Shown here piece after piece: positions 37,489-46,398 of a DNA stretch of 46,398 bases (position 1 is the stretch's first letter; every line of letters begins with the position of its first letter). The notes beneath the pieces are model-generated. The model was not told the DNA's origin and made no database searches. It was given only the letters and a program-made list of their open reading frames with translations. The DNA comes from an uncultured Gammaproteobacteria bacterium (GTDB lineage: Bacteria > Patescibacteriota > Patescibacteriia > UBA1558 > 2-01-FULL-52-15): the NCBI GenBank assembly GCA_964360835.1, contig CAYHYG010000005.1:1-46398 (forward strand), read 5' to 3'. The translations under genes and the position numbers were made by a program.

Positions 37489-38347
37489 CACTACCCTAGG
37501 CAGAGGATTGGGAGCACTAATCCCCCAGTCTGAGCCAGCCAAAAATTTAACCGCTGCAACGTCATCATTACAGGCGACTGGTGGACAGTCGATTAGTCGT
37601 CTGCCTATTGATCATATTAGCAGTAACCCTTGGCAACCGCGTACTCAGTTTGATGACAAAGCTCTGGAAGAGCTAGCCAGCTCTATCAAGCAATACGGCA
37701 TTATCCAGCCGTTGGTAGTTTCATCTATTGGCCATGATTCGTATCAATTGATTGCTGGAGAACGTCGATTACAGGCCGCCAAAAAAGCTGGACTGACCGA
37801 AGTGCCAGCCATTATCCGTCAAGCCGAGGAACAGCAAAAATTAGAATTAGCTTTGGTGGAAAATATTCAGCGTCAGAACTTGAATCCGTTGGACGAAGCT
37901 CTGAGCTACAAGCGTTTACTGGAGGAATTTAACTTGACGCAGGAAGAAGTGGCGGCGCGTGTAGGCAAAAGCCGGTCGACAGTAGCCAATTTTTTGCGCA
38001 TTTTAAATTTACCAGACGAAGTTTTACAGGCTATCCGTGGGGAGCGTATCAGTTTCTCTCATGCCAAAACAATCGTAGGTTTGCCGACAGCTGAAGCGCA
38101 GATCAAGATGATGAAACGAATCATAGACGAAGGCATACCAGTCTCACAACTACAACGCAAAGAGCAAACGGTCAGCACTCATCAGCGCAGCATCAAAGAT
38201 CCGGTTTTAAAAGGAGTCGAGGAGCGTCTAGCCAAACATCTGGGTACACGTGTCAGCATACATCAAAAAGGTGCCAGCGGTACTATAGAAATATTCTGGC
38301 AATCGGAGGAGGATTTGAAACGACTCACCGACAGCTTGGGAAATTAA
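37481..38347 (+). CDS. parB: ParB/Spo0J
   Basis: LGRGLGALI, QPR, LIAGERRLQA, ENIQRQNLNP, HTH. Confidence 0.97.
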   Translation: MLNTTLGRGLGALIPQSEPAKNLTAATSSLQATGGQSISRLPIDHISSNPWQPRTQFDDKALEELASSIKQYGIIQPLVVSSIGHDSYQLIAGERRLQAAKKAGLTEVPAIIRQAEEQQKLELALVENIQRQNLNPLDEALSYKRLLEEFNLTQEEVAARVGKSRSTVANFLRILNLPDEVLQAIRGERISFSHAKTIVGLPTAEAQIKMMKRIIDEGIPVSQLQRKEQTVSTHQRSIKDPVLKGVEERLAKHLGTRVSIHQKGASGTIEIFWQSEEDLKRLTDSLGN

Positions 38348-39795
38348 TTCCAAAAGGCTTTGGGGTCGTGACGTTTTAGCTGCTCGCGTATTTTGACACG
38401 GGCACTATTGGTTTTGGCGAAGGTCAACCAGTCTTCGCTCGGGCGTTTGCGATTTTTATCCTTGATTATCTCGATGACGTCTCCGGATTTGAGCGGATGA
38501 TTGAGGGAGGACATTTGTTGATTGACCAGCACGCCAACAGTATGAGCTCCTAGCTCGGAGTGAATGTGATAAGCAAAATCAACCGGTGTGGCGTCTTCTG
38601 GCAAGTCTATGACGTCACCCTGCGGTGTAAAGACAAAAATGCGGTCAGAAAAGATATCGTTTTTTATTTCCTTGAGATATTGCAGGTTGTCTTTGATATC
38701 CTTTTGCCAGTTGATCAGCTCCGTGATCCAAGCCAGACTTTTCTTGGAATAAAAGCGATTAGTCGCTTCTTTATATTTACTATGAGCAGCGATACCGTAC
38801 TCGGCAATTTCGTGCATGACCTCATCACGGATTTGAAATTCTACCACTTTACCAAATTCGGTGAAGACAGAAGTATGTAATGATTGATAACCGTTGGGCT
38901 TTGGTTGGGCGATATAATCTTTGATACGTCCTCGCAAAGGAGTCCAGCGTCCGTGTATTACACCAAGGACAGAATAACAATCAGCCACGCTAGGTACGAT
39001 GATGCGGATGGCGATAAGGTCGTAAATCTTGCTCATATCGCGCCCATGGTTCAAAAGTTTTTTGTATAGAGAGTAGAGATGCTTGACGCGGCCTTGAATC
39101 TCTAATACCGGAATATGACCTTCGGCCAGAAGATCGCGCATGATTTTCTTGACCTTTTCAATATATTTTTTTTCATTCTTCAGTCGGTCTTCAATTAAAG
39201 CTTGGACCCAGGCGTATTCCTTGGGGTAGACATAAGGGAAAGCTAGATCCTCCAGCTGACTCTTGAGTTCAAACATGCCCAGACGGTTGGCTATAGGCGC
39301 ATATATCTCTAATGTTTCCTGGGCGATCCGTAGGGCTTTATCAGGCCGGTGAGCATCTAGGGTCTGCATATTATGCAAGCGATCAGCTAATTTGATAATC
39401 ACTATACGCAGATCCTGAGCCATGGAAACAAACATCTTGCGTAGATTTTCGGCGTAGCGTTCGATACCGCGATATTTCAGAGTCCCCAGTTTAGTAATTC
39501 CGGCCACTAAAGAAGCAATCTCAGAGCCAAAATTTGTTTCGATAGTTTCTAATGTTATCTCAGTATCTTCCGGTACGTCATGAAGCAGGCCGGCGATGAC
39601 GGTCGGCATATCCATGCGCAGTAAAGCCAGATTATAGGCGGTAGCCAGAGAGTGAAAAATATAATCTTCGCCGCTTTTGCGTTTCTGTCCGCTATGGGCT
39701 TGGCGGGCGAGTTCATAGGCCTTAGTCAAAAGCTCCAGATCGGCATCCGGATAATTCTTGATGACAGCAGATTTTAGATTTTCCCAAGTGGTCAT
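38344..39795 (-). CDS. relA: Bifunctional (p)ppGpp synthetase/hydrolase Rel (HD-SYN-TGS, no ACT domain)
   Basis: LLHDVPEDT, KLADRLHN, YQSLHT, EFQIR, TGS VDFAYHIH. Confidence 0.95.
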   Translation of the reverse strand: MTTWENLKSAVIKNYPDADLELLTKAYELARQAHSGQKRKSGEDYIFHSLATAYNLALLRMDMPTVIAGLLHDVPEDTEITLETIETNFGSEIASLVAGITKLGTLKYRGIERYAENLRKMFVSMAQDLRIVIIKLADRLHNMQTLDAHRPDKALRIAQETLEIYAPIANRLGMFELKSQLEDLAFPYVYPKEYAWVQALIEDRLKNEKKYIEKVKKIMRDLLAEGHIPVLEIQGRVKHLYSLYKKLLNHGRDMSKIYDLIAIRIIVPSVADCYSVLGVIHGRWTPLRGRIKDYIAQPKPNGYQSLHTSVFTEFGKVVEFQIRDEVMHEIAEYGIAAHSKYKEATNRFYSKKSLAWITELINWQKDIKDNLQYLKEIKNDIFSDRIFVFTPQGDVIDLPEDATPVDFAYHIHSELGAHTVGVLVNQQMSSLNHPLKSGDVIEIIKDKNRKRPSEDWLTFAKTNSARVKIREQLKRHDPKAFWN

Positions 39796-39845
39796 AGCCG
39801 TACTATAGCACGCTACATAGGAGCAAAACAGCTAAATAATAGATT

Positions 39846-42053
39846 TTAGTTTTCCACTTCTCGCGAGTAGGAGCAGGTCTTGGCTGAGCATTTGATAGTT
39901 TGTTTTGGGCCATAGACGAGGATCGAGCTGCAGGTAGGACATTTTTCACCGGTGGGTTTGCTCCAGAGCGCAAACTCGCAGTCAGGATATTGGTTACAAG
40001 CATAGAATAACTTTCCACGCTTACTTTTCTTTTCCACGATCTGACCTTTGCCGCATTTGGGGCAAGCGACACCAGTGCTATTCTCAATACGCTTAATGCC
40101 TTTACATTCAGGATAGCCGGAGCAGCCCAAAAATTTACCGTAGCGACCACGCTTGATGACCATCGGCTTACCGCAGATATCACAGGTTTCACCCGTTGGT
40201 TCTTCTGCTTCTATTTTGCCGTCAGATTTTAGTTGCTTGGTATTTTTGCAATCAGGATAACCGGTGCAGGCTAGGAATTTACCAAAACGGCCCATCTTGA
40301 TAACCATCGGCTTACCGCATTTTTCGCAGACGTAATCGCTTTTTTCTTCGGTAATTTCTTTTTTACTCAAGACTGCTTCTTTTTCCTCCAGGTTTTTCTT
40401 GAAGGGATGATAGAAGTTACTGATCAAAGGCTGCCATTCTTTTTTGCCAACAGCAATTTCATCCAAACTGTCTTCCATTTGTGCCGTAAAATCATAGTCC
40501 ACGATATCAGCAAAGTGTTCCTTCAGTAAATTCGTGACCAATATGCCCATATCGGTGGGCTTGAGGCGATTCTGGTCTTTTTCCACGTATTTTCTCTCAA
40601 TGACCGTAGCAATGGTCGGAGCGTAGGTGGAAGGTCGACCAATGCCTTTAGCTTCCAGAGCTTTGACTAGGCCAGCTTCCGAATATCTGGCAGGCGGCTG
40701 TGTCTCATGACTATGAGCGCCGATAACTTTGAGCTTGATCTCATCACCCGAAGCTAGTTTTGGTAATAACTTTTCTTCGCTACTGTCGGCATAGATTTTC
40801 ATCCAACCGGCAAAAGCTACCGTGGAACCGGTGGCGCGCAATATATAGATATTTTTTTCATCCGTGACATCAACGGTAGTGGCGTTCATCCGAGCATCAG
40901 GCATCTGGCTGGCTAGCGCGCGACTCCAGATCAGTTCGTAGATTTTTTTCTGTCGGGCATCGAGATGGGAGGCGATGCTCTCGGGTGTGCGAGTGGCGTC
41001 AGTCGGGCGGATAGCTTCGTGAGCTTCCTGAGCATTACGGCCGCTGCTGTAGGTGCGGGGTTTATCTGAGGCGTATTCAGGACCAAAGGTTTGTTTCAGA
41101 TAATCAGCTGCGGCGCTGGTAAATTCTGCCGACAAATTACGAGAGTCAGTACGCATATAGGTGATCAGACCGACGTGACCTTCATCACCCAGCTCAATAC
41201 CTTCATATAATTGTTGAGCCAGCATCATAGTCTGTTTGGTAGAAAACCCAAAGCGTCTATTGGCATCCTGTTGTAACGTGGAAGTAGTCAGGGGAGAGGG
41301 CGCTTTTTTCTTGACCTCAGAAGCTTCGACTGAAGCGGTCGCCAGATTGCTTTCACGCAAGTGTTTGACGGCGCCTTCCGCTACGGCTCGTTTCAAATCA
41401 AATTTTTTCAAAGTCTTGCCCTTGATGCTGACTAGGTGCGCGTTGAATTGTTCTTTATCTTTCAAAAGTTGAGCGTCGACTGTCCAATATTCTTGTGGTC
41501 TGAAGGCTTTGATTTCATCTTCTCGTTCTACGATTAGTCTCACTGCCACCGATTGCACACGGCCGGCTGACAGACCGCGAGCTACTTTTTTCCAGAGAAA
41601 AGGAGAAAGTTCATAGCCGACCAGACGATCGAGAATGCGGCGTGCTTGCTGAGCGTCTACTAGATGTTCATCAATACTACGGGGTGAGTCTAACGCTTTG
41701 AGAATGGCGGCTTTAGTGATCTCGTGAAAGGTAATGCGTTTTACTTGTTTGGCCGGAACTTTCAAAATAGCCTGCAAATGCCAAGCAATAGCTTCGCCCT
41801 CGCGGTCTTCGTCAGTAGCGAAGTAGATAGTCTCAGCTTTGGCCGCCAAGCTTTGTAACTCGGTTACTCGTTTTTTGGCTTTGGTGGGAATGACGTAATG
41901 TGGCGCAAAGTCGTGTTCTATATCAATACCCATCTTGCTCGTAGGTAGATCACGTACATGGCCAAGAGAAGATTCAATACGAAAATTTTTATCCAGAAAC
42001 TTACTGATAGTCTTGGCTTTGGTCGGAGATTCGACAATGACTAAATTTTTCAT
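39846..42053 (-). CDS. topA: DNA topoisomerase I with C-terminal zinc ribbons
   Basis: IVESPTKA, DEDREGE, SAGRVQS, ITYMRTDS, GIGRPSTY. Confidence 0.98.
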   Translation of the reverse strand: MKNLVIVESPTKAKTISKFLDKNFRIESSLGHVRDLPTSKMGIDIEHDFAPHYVIPTKAKKRVTELQSLAAKAETIYFATDEDREGEAIAWHLQAILKVPAKQVKRITFHEITKAAILKALDSPRSIDEHLVDAQQARRILDRLVGYELSPFLWKKVARGLSAGRVQSVAVRLIVEREDEIKAFRPQEYWTVDAQLLKDKEQFNAHLVSIKGKTLKKFDLKRAVAEGAVKHLRESNLATASVEASEVKKKAPSPLTTSTLQQDANRRFGFSTKQTMMLAQQLYEGIELGDEGHVGLITYMRTDSRNLSAEFTSAAADYLKQTFGPEYASDKPRTYSSGRNAQEAHEAIRPTDATRTPESIASHLDARQKKIYELIWSRALASQMPDARMNATTVDVTDEKNIYILRATGSTVAFAGWMKIYADSSEEKLLPKLASGDEIKLKVIGAHSHETQPPARYSEAGLVKALEAKGIGRPSTYAPTIATVIERKYVEKDQNRLKPTDMGILVTNLLKEHFADIVDYDFTAQMEDSLDEIAVGKKEWQPLISNFYHPFKKNLEEKEAVLSKKEITEEKSDYVCEKCGKPMVIKMGRFGKFLACTGYPDCKNTKQLKSDGKIEAEEPTGETCDICGKPMVIKRGRYGKFLGCSGYPECKGIKRIENSTGVACPKCGKGQIVEKKSKRGKLFYACNQYPDCEFALWSKPTGEKCPTCSSILVYGPKQTIKCSAKTCSYSREVEN

Positions 42054-42173
42054 AGCGCTGACTATAATAGAAAAAGTTTAATTTGGCAAGCTTGATACCC
42101 AAATGATAAGGTGTTATAGTCTCTTTAATTGTCCGTACGTTGTTTCTCAAGATAGCTACCAAGGAGGTTTGAA

Positions 42174-42539
42174 GTGTCACCTTTCGTGGGAATACCAGCT
42201 TTCGTTTGCTTCGGAGTGTTCATGTTTTGGTGCAGTGAACAGACCAATTTTTTTGGTCTGAATCAGAAGCAGGTGCCAAGGGGTCCAAGTAATGTAGCTT
42301 TGGGTCTGACGGTTATTTTTTTTGCTTTGATGTTCCATCTTTTTTTTGCGGGAATCGTTGCTCTGAATCTGTCAGACGAGCTCAAGATGCTCAATTTCGC
42401 TCCTTACAATCCCCTGAAAACACCTGGCGCGTCCTTCATTACAGCCGTTGGTCTGGCTGCTGTCTGTCTGGGGATCATCCAGGCGGTATTAGATAATGGT
42501 CACCAGAGGCCCAAAGCAGAGGAGATTGATCCTCACTGA
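42174..42539 (+). CDS. Small 3-TM hypothetical protein (ORFan cassette)
   Basis: Promoter TTGATA-17-TATAGT (42092-42120), SD AAGGAGGT, GTG start. Confidence 0.7.
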   Translation: MSPFVGIPAFVCFGVFMFWCSEQTNFFGLNQKQVPRGPSNVALGLTVIFFALMFHLFFAGIVALNLSDELKMLNFAPYNPLKTPGASFITAVGLAAVCLGIIQAVLDNGHQRPKAEEIDPH

Positions 42540-42552
42540 CAGCAAACCTACT

Positions 42553-43146
42553 TTATTCAGCCGTCATCAGAAATGGTGACGGCTGCTCATTTTGGTGCGA
42601 CCATTGAAGCGGATTATACTCGATGTATTCACGAATGCGATGAAGGTCAGAGTCATCACGAATAATGTGGTCGTAGTAACCGCGTTGCCAGAGATGTTGA
42701 CTGGGCGCACGTCTGATTAAGTTGATTGATTTTGCGGATAGCATTTTGAATCTGCCAATTACTATTGATAGCAGCATATGGCGACGAGCGTCGAAGGATC
42801 GATTGGCTGATCGTTGGGGCAATGGTTGGGGCGATTCATGAATCGCCCTTACGGGGTCTTCGGAGGAGTCATTCAACCTTCGTCGTCTATTTTTTATATA
42901 GATTACTGCATGAATATGATCCGGCATTATGATGAAGGCGTCATAACTACAACGACCTTCATAGCTAGGTAATTTTTTCCAAACGTGTCTAACAATGAAA
43001 CCGAATGGAGAAAGACATATCCGATTATCCTTTATAGTGCTCAAGACAATATTATTATTAACTCGTAATGTAACGAAATAATAAGCTTCATCGGAATAAT
43101 CCCACCTCTCCAGTCGCAACGAATTACGTCTACGATGAAGACTCAT
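42553..43146 (-). mobile_element. REP-associated tyrosine transposase (RAYT, Y1 HUH family)
   Basis: RRRNSLRL..DYS, YFVT, IMPDHIH, LWQRGYYDHIIR, IREYIEYNP..W. Confidence 0.92.
42829..42852 (-). repeat. REP-like palindrome inside the RAYT coding sequence
   Basis: Minus strand GTAA + 20-bp perfect palindrome GGGCGATTCATGAATCGCCC, encodes VRAIHESP. Confidence 0.85.
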
Positions 43147-44252
43147 CTTAATCGAATAACATTTCCAGGCAGACGCTCAATCCAACCTTGTAACTCCATC
43201 TGCGCTAATGCTACGGTAACCTGAGTCGGGGTTGCTGTAGGGTGTTGAGCTAGCAGGTCATCGTAATGATATGGTGTCCTTGTTAAGGTCGTCACTAAAG
43301 CATGTTGTAACGGATCGCTGGTAGTGTATGACTTTTTGGTGACCTCATTCTGTGTAGTCAGATTAAGTGCTTGCAACAGCTCTTCAGACGAGGTTATTGC
43401 TAGAGCACCTTGACGCAGCAAGGCATTTGTCCCAACTGAGGAAGTATCAGTGATCGGACCGGGAATTGTCAGTACTTCATGACCAACGTCAAGTGCTAAC
43501 TGAGCCGTGATGAGGGCGCCGGATCTCTGGGCGGCGCAGGCAACTAAGGTAACAGGACTGAGGCCAGCGATAATCGTATTACGTAGCGGAAAGTTATGTT
43601 TATCAATAGCACTGCCGGCGGCAAAAGGCGAGAGCATGAGGCCCCCACTTTTTAATATTCTTTGAGCTAGGCTAAAATTGCTTCGAGGGTAGATACTAGC
43701 ATCATCGACGGCAGATCCTAGCACAGCGATAGTCGGCAGACTGTATTCTAGCGCTAACTCATGGGCTAGAGCGTCTGCGCCAAAAGCTAGTCCACTGACG
43801 ATTACTACCTGATGTCCTACCAGACCAGCCATAACTAACCGTAATGCTTGGTGGTGATAATTAGTCAGCTGTCTACTGCCGACGACTGAGAGAAATGCGG
43901 AATTATTCAAGCTATCTAATGAGCCACGATAGTACAGCACCGGGTGAGGGTAGGAATTTTGCAGCCGCGCTGGGTATTCATTGTCCAGTAAGGTTACGAT
44001 CTGCGGGTTATTTGCTACCAACTTATTAAAATATAGCTCGGGGTCGATAGACTGACGTGACTGTTTGGTTCTTTGGAGCCAGGCTTGCCAGAGAGGGTCA
44101 AGGTCATGGGTTGCAGTCCAAGCCACAAAAAAAGAACCAAAATGGTCCCTGATTTTTAGTAGTTGTTGTGGTCCGACACCTTTGATGGCTAGCCAGGCCA
44201 GATAGTACTGGCGTTCAATCACCGGGTCGGTCCCAGGTGAATCGCTTTTCAT
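43143..44252 (-). CDS. dprA: DNA-processing protein DprA
   Basis: VVGSR, VSGLAFGADALAH, NFPLRNTIIAGLS, SGALITA, GTNALLRQGA, C-terminal winged helix. Confidence 0.95.
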   Translation of the reverse strand: MKSDSPGTDPVIERQYYLAWLAIKGVGPQQLLKIRDHFGSFFVAWTATHDLDPLWQAWLQRTKQSRQSIDPELYFNKLVANNPQIVTLLDNEYPARLQNSYPHPVLYYRGSLDSLNNSAFLSVVGSRQLTNYHHQALRLVMAGLVGHQVVIVSGLAFGADALAHELALEYSLPTIAVLGSAVDDASIYPRSNFSLAQRILKSGGLMLSPFAAGSAIDKHNFPLRNTIIAGLSPVTLVACAAQRSGALITAQLALDVGHEVLTIPGPITDTSSVGTNALLRQGALAITSSEELLQALNLTTQNEVTKKSYTTSDPLQHALVTTLTRTPYHYDDLLAQHPTATPTQVTVALAQMELQGWIERLPGNVIRLR

Positions 44253-44343
44253 ATCAAGCTATGATAGCTGATTGTTTTGGTTAAGGCAATGAGGCCAAAA
44301 CCTCTGCTTGTTAGTTCTAGGATAAAAGTCGTATACTTATGGC

Positions 44344-44757
44344 ATGAATAATAATTTTCTCAATCAAAATCAACCGCTGACCGATCAGGAGCCGGCGGTG
44401 CCAATGGTACCAAGTCATAGCCGTCGACCTGGTCTTATCATTGGTTTAACTCTGGCAATAGTAGCCTGTCTATTGGCTGGAGCTTATTTCTTCTTTTTTC
44501 AGTCAAAACTCAGAAATCTACCGCCGTTGCAGGCCAGAGCAGTCGATGCAGAAACCGCTCTCATGATTCAATCATTGGATGTATCAGCGGCTGATCTGAA
44601 GCATGTCGACTCTCCGCCAACGTTACGTTTGGTCACGGATTTAGCAAAAAAATGGGATTTACAACCGCTTATCCTCGGGCAGAAAAATCTCTACGATCTC
44701 AATGGTCAAGCCGATAATACCACCGGTTATATCAACGCCGTCTTTCAAGAAAAATAA
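44344..44757 (+). CDS. Single-TM hypothetical protein
   Basis: One hydrophobic helix; TATACT-6 nt-ATG start. Confidence 0.65.
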   Translation: MNNNFLNQNQPLTDQEPAVPMVPSHSRRPGLIIGLTLAIVACLLAGAYFFFFQSKLRNLPPLQARAVDAETALMIQSLDVSAADLKHVDSPPTLRLVTDLAKKWDLQPLILGQKNLYDLNGQADNTTGYINAVFQEK

Positions 44758-44893
44758 TCAAACTAACAAAGAAGGGCTCGAGACGAGAGTTCTTTTTTGA
44801 CATATTTTCTCAATTTGTTATTTTAGGGGTATCAGAGCACTTTGGTGCTAGTTCGTTGAAGAAGGGACCCAAACCGCAGAAAGGAGGTGAGCC

Positions 44894-45139
44894 ATGTCCG
44901 GTAATCGAATAGAAGACCAGGCGCGGACGGAAGAATTGACGGAAATCATACGTCAGTTTATCCGCTACGCCCGGAGCCGTGGTTACAACTTGCAAGCAAG
45001 TGATTTCCTACAGTATGGAGAGGAGGTTTTGCGTCGCGAGTATGAAGATTTTTTGCGTCAGGGAGTCAACAGTTGGGTGACAAGTGTCGTGGGCGAGACG
45101 GTTGTCCGCTCGAGAGTCAACCGAGAGCGCGGGAGGTAG
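44894..45139 (+). CDS. Small hypothetical protein (ORFan cassette)
   Basis: TTGACA at 44797, full SD GAAAGGAGGTGA, terminator at 45169-45207. Confidence 0.75.
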   Translation: MSGNRIEDQARTEELTEIIRQFIRYARSRGYNLQASDFLQYGEEVLRREYEDFLRQGVNSWVTSVVGETVVRSRVNRERGR

Positions 45140-45168
45140 TGATGGGCACATGGTCTCTTCTTCAAGAA

Positions 45169-45207
45169 AAACCCCGCCAAACAGTCAAAGAGACAATGGC
45201 GGGGTTT
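45169..45207. terminator. Bidirectional terminator
   Basis: AAACCCCGCCA...TGGCGGGGTTT between convergent genes. Confidence 0.8.
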
Positions 45208-45209
45208 AA

Positions 45210-46398
45210 TTATTCTTGGCGTAGTGAGGTTATAGCCGCCTCTAGACTTTTTTCCCAGTCAGATCCAAGCTGGCTTTGTTTTATTTTCAGCGATCCTGGT
45301 TTTATCAACCAATCGTCATGGATAGCCAGCAGTCGCTGCAATTGAAGTGGACTTAATTGTTTGACGATTAATTCTATCCAGGTATCGGCTCCAGTAGAGC
45401 GGCTAGAAATCTTGATAATAGGAGTGTCTTGCGCCAGGATGCGTAGACGCTGTAAATAAAAGACATTAGAGATAGCTTCCAGCTCTTGGGTATAGGTAGC
45501 TTCTTTCCTGGACAATTCATCAAGATCTGCTAGTAGTGAAATTTCCTGCCAAAAATAAATCTTGGCGCTGTCCGATTCAAAATAATCTCCAGAGGTTGAT
45601 TGATTCAGCGGCAAGTCTATATCGATGTCACGCCATTGGGCGCGTTGGCGATGCTGTAAATCATCGACCGCCGCCTGCAGTAAATCCTCATACAGATTGA
45701 GGCCAATGGTTCGCAAGTGTCCGTGCTGACGATTGCCAATTATTTGACCAACACCGCGGAGCTCCATATCGCGACTGGCTATACGAAAGCCAGCTCCTAG
45801 CTCGTTGGTATCGGCCAGTGTCCGCAGTCGCTCCAGAGCATCGCCTTGTAATTTCTGTTCACGATGCAACAGATAGCAGTAGGCTTGTCTGTCACTACGG
45901 CCGACCCGTCCGCGTAGCTGATGTAATTGGGATAAACCAAAATTGGCGGCGTCATTAATAATAATAGTATTAACATTCGGTAGATCGAGACCATTGGAAA
46001 TAATGGTAGAGCAGACCAAGACATCAATCTCGCCCTGATCAAAAGCGTGCATAGTAGTAGCTAATTTTTTGTCATCCATCTGACCGTGAGCGATGGCTAG
46101 GCGGGCCTTGGGTAGAAGTTGCTGCAGATCCTTGGCCGCTAGCTCGATAGTTTCAACTTTGTTGTGTAAATAATAGATTTGACCGCCGCGAGAGATTTCA
46201 TAATCACAGGCCTGTTGGATTGTGGTCGTATTCCACGGCTTAACAGTAGTAATGATATTATGCCGGCCTCGCAGCGGATCAGTCAGTAAAGAAATATTTT
46301 TTAGCGGTGATAGCGCTAAATGTAAGGTACGAGGAATGGGGGTAGCTGATAAGGAGAGAATATGCGTGGCTTGAGACAATTGTGTTAATTTTTCTTTA
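45210..46398 (-). CDS. mfd: Transcription-repair coupling factor Mfd, 5'-partial
   Basis: SATPIPRTL, RGGQIYYLHN, AHGQM, QLHQLRGRVGRS, GAGFRIASRDMELRG, degenerate TRCF C-terminus. Confidence 0.92.
   Translation of the reverse strand, partial: KEKLTQLSQATHILSLSATPIPRTLHLALSPLKNISLLTDPLRGRHNIITTVKPWNTTTIQQACDYEISRGGQIYYLHNKVETIELAAKDLQQLLPKARLAIAHGQMDDKKLATTMHAFDQGEIDVLVCSTIISNGLDLPNVNTIIINDAANFGLSQLHQLRGRVGRSDRQAYCYLLHREQKLQGDALERLRTLADTNELGAGFRIASRDMELRGVGQIIGNRQHGHLRTIGLNLYEDLLQAAVDDLQHRQRAQWRDIDIDLPLNQSTSGDYFESDSAKIYFWQEISLLADLDELSRKEATYTQELEAISNVFYLQRLRILAQDTPIIKISSRSTGADTWIELIVKQLSPLQLQRLLAIHDDWLIKPGSLKIKQSQLGSDWEKSLEAAITSLRQE

Noticed and set aside
36724-38347. parS site or replication origin near parAB
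   Set aside because: No TGTTTCACGTGAAACA-like palindrome or DnaA-box cluster seen by eye
38344-39795. rel as a truncated pseudogene
   Set aside because: Hydrolase, synthetase and TGS motifs are intact and the ORF ends cleanly against parB; more consistent with a naturally short form
42060-45215. Inverted repeats bracketing the 42174 and 44894 cassettes
   Set aside because: Only short AT-rich matches (about 12/14 around two TAA stops for the 44894 cassette, weaker for 42174), too easily due to chance

Overview
A 46.4-kb bacterial chromosome segment, inferred to be Patescibacteria/CPR from its gene content, Cys-rich pilin-like proteins, short Rel and pyruvate kinase, and mostly Shine-Dalgarno (SD)-less core genes. 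The backbone carries radA, recG, dnaG-rpoD, typA, pyk (interrupted by one TGA), parA-parB, rel, topA, dprA and partial mfd, ten tRNA genes, a CsoR-CopA copper operon and a phospholipid head-group operon that uses an archaeal-type CarS/DUF46 enzyme. The best candidate for an undescribed system is an AT-rich three-gene operon (12178-16892) encoding a P-loop kinase, a HAD phosphatase and a ~1180-aa fusion of zeta-like kinase, Fic, Nudix and nucleoside-phosphorylase-like domains. A second candidate is a set of dispersed small ORFan cassettes (promoter, strong SD, ORF, terminator), several bracketed by inverted repeats; one lies inside the split arms of an attC-like palindrome. Also present: modular palindromic repeats fused to tRNA 3' ends near GIY-YIG genes, palindromes inserted in frame in radA and a RAYT, a candidate structured ncRNA (~32475-32900) and atypical tRNAs. 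All calls come from reading motifs by eye; no database searches were run.
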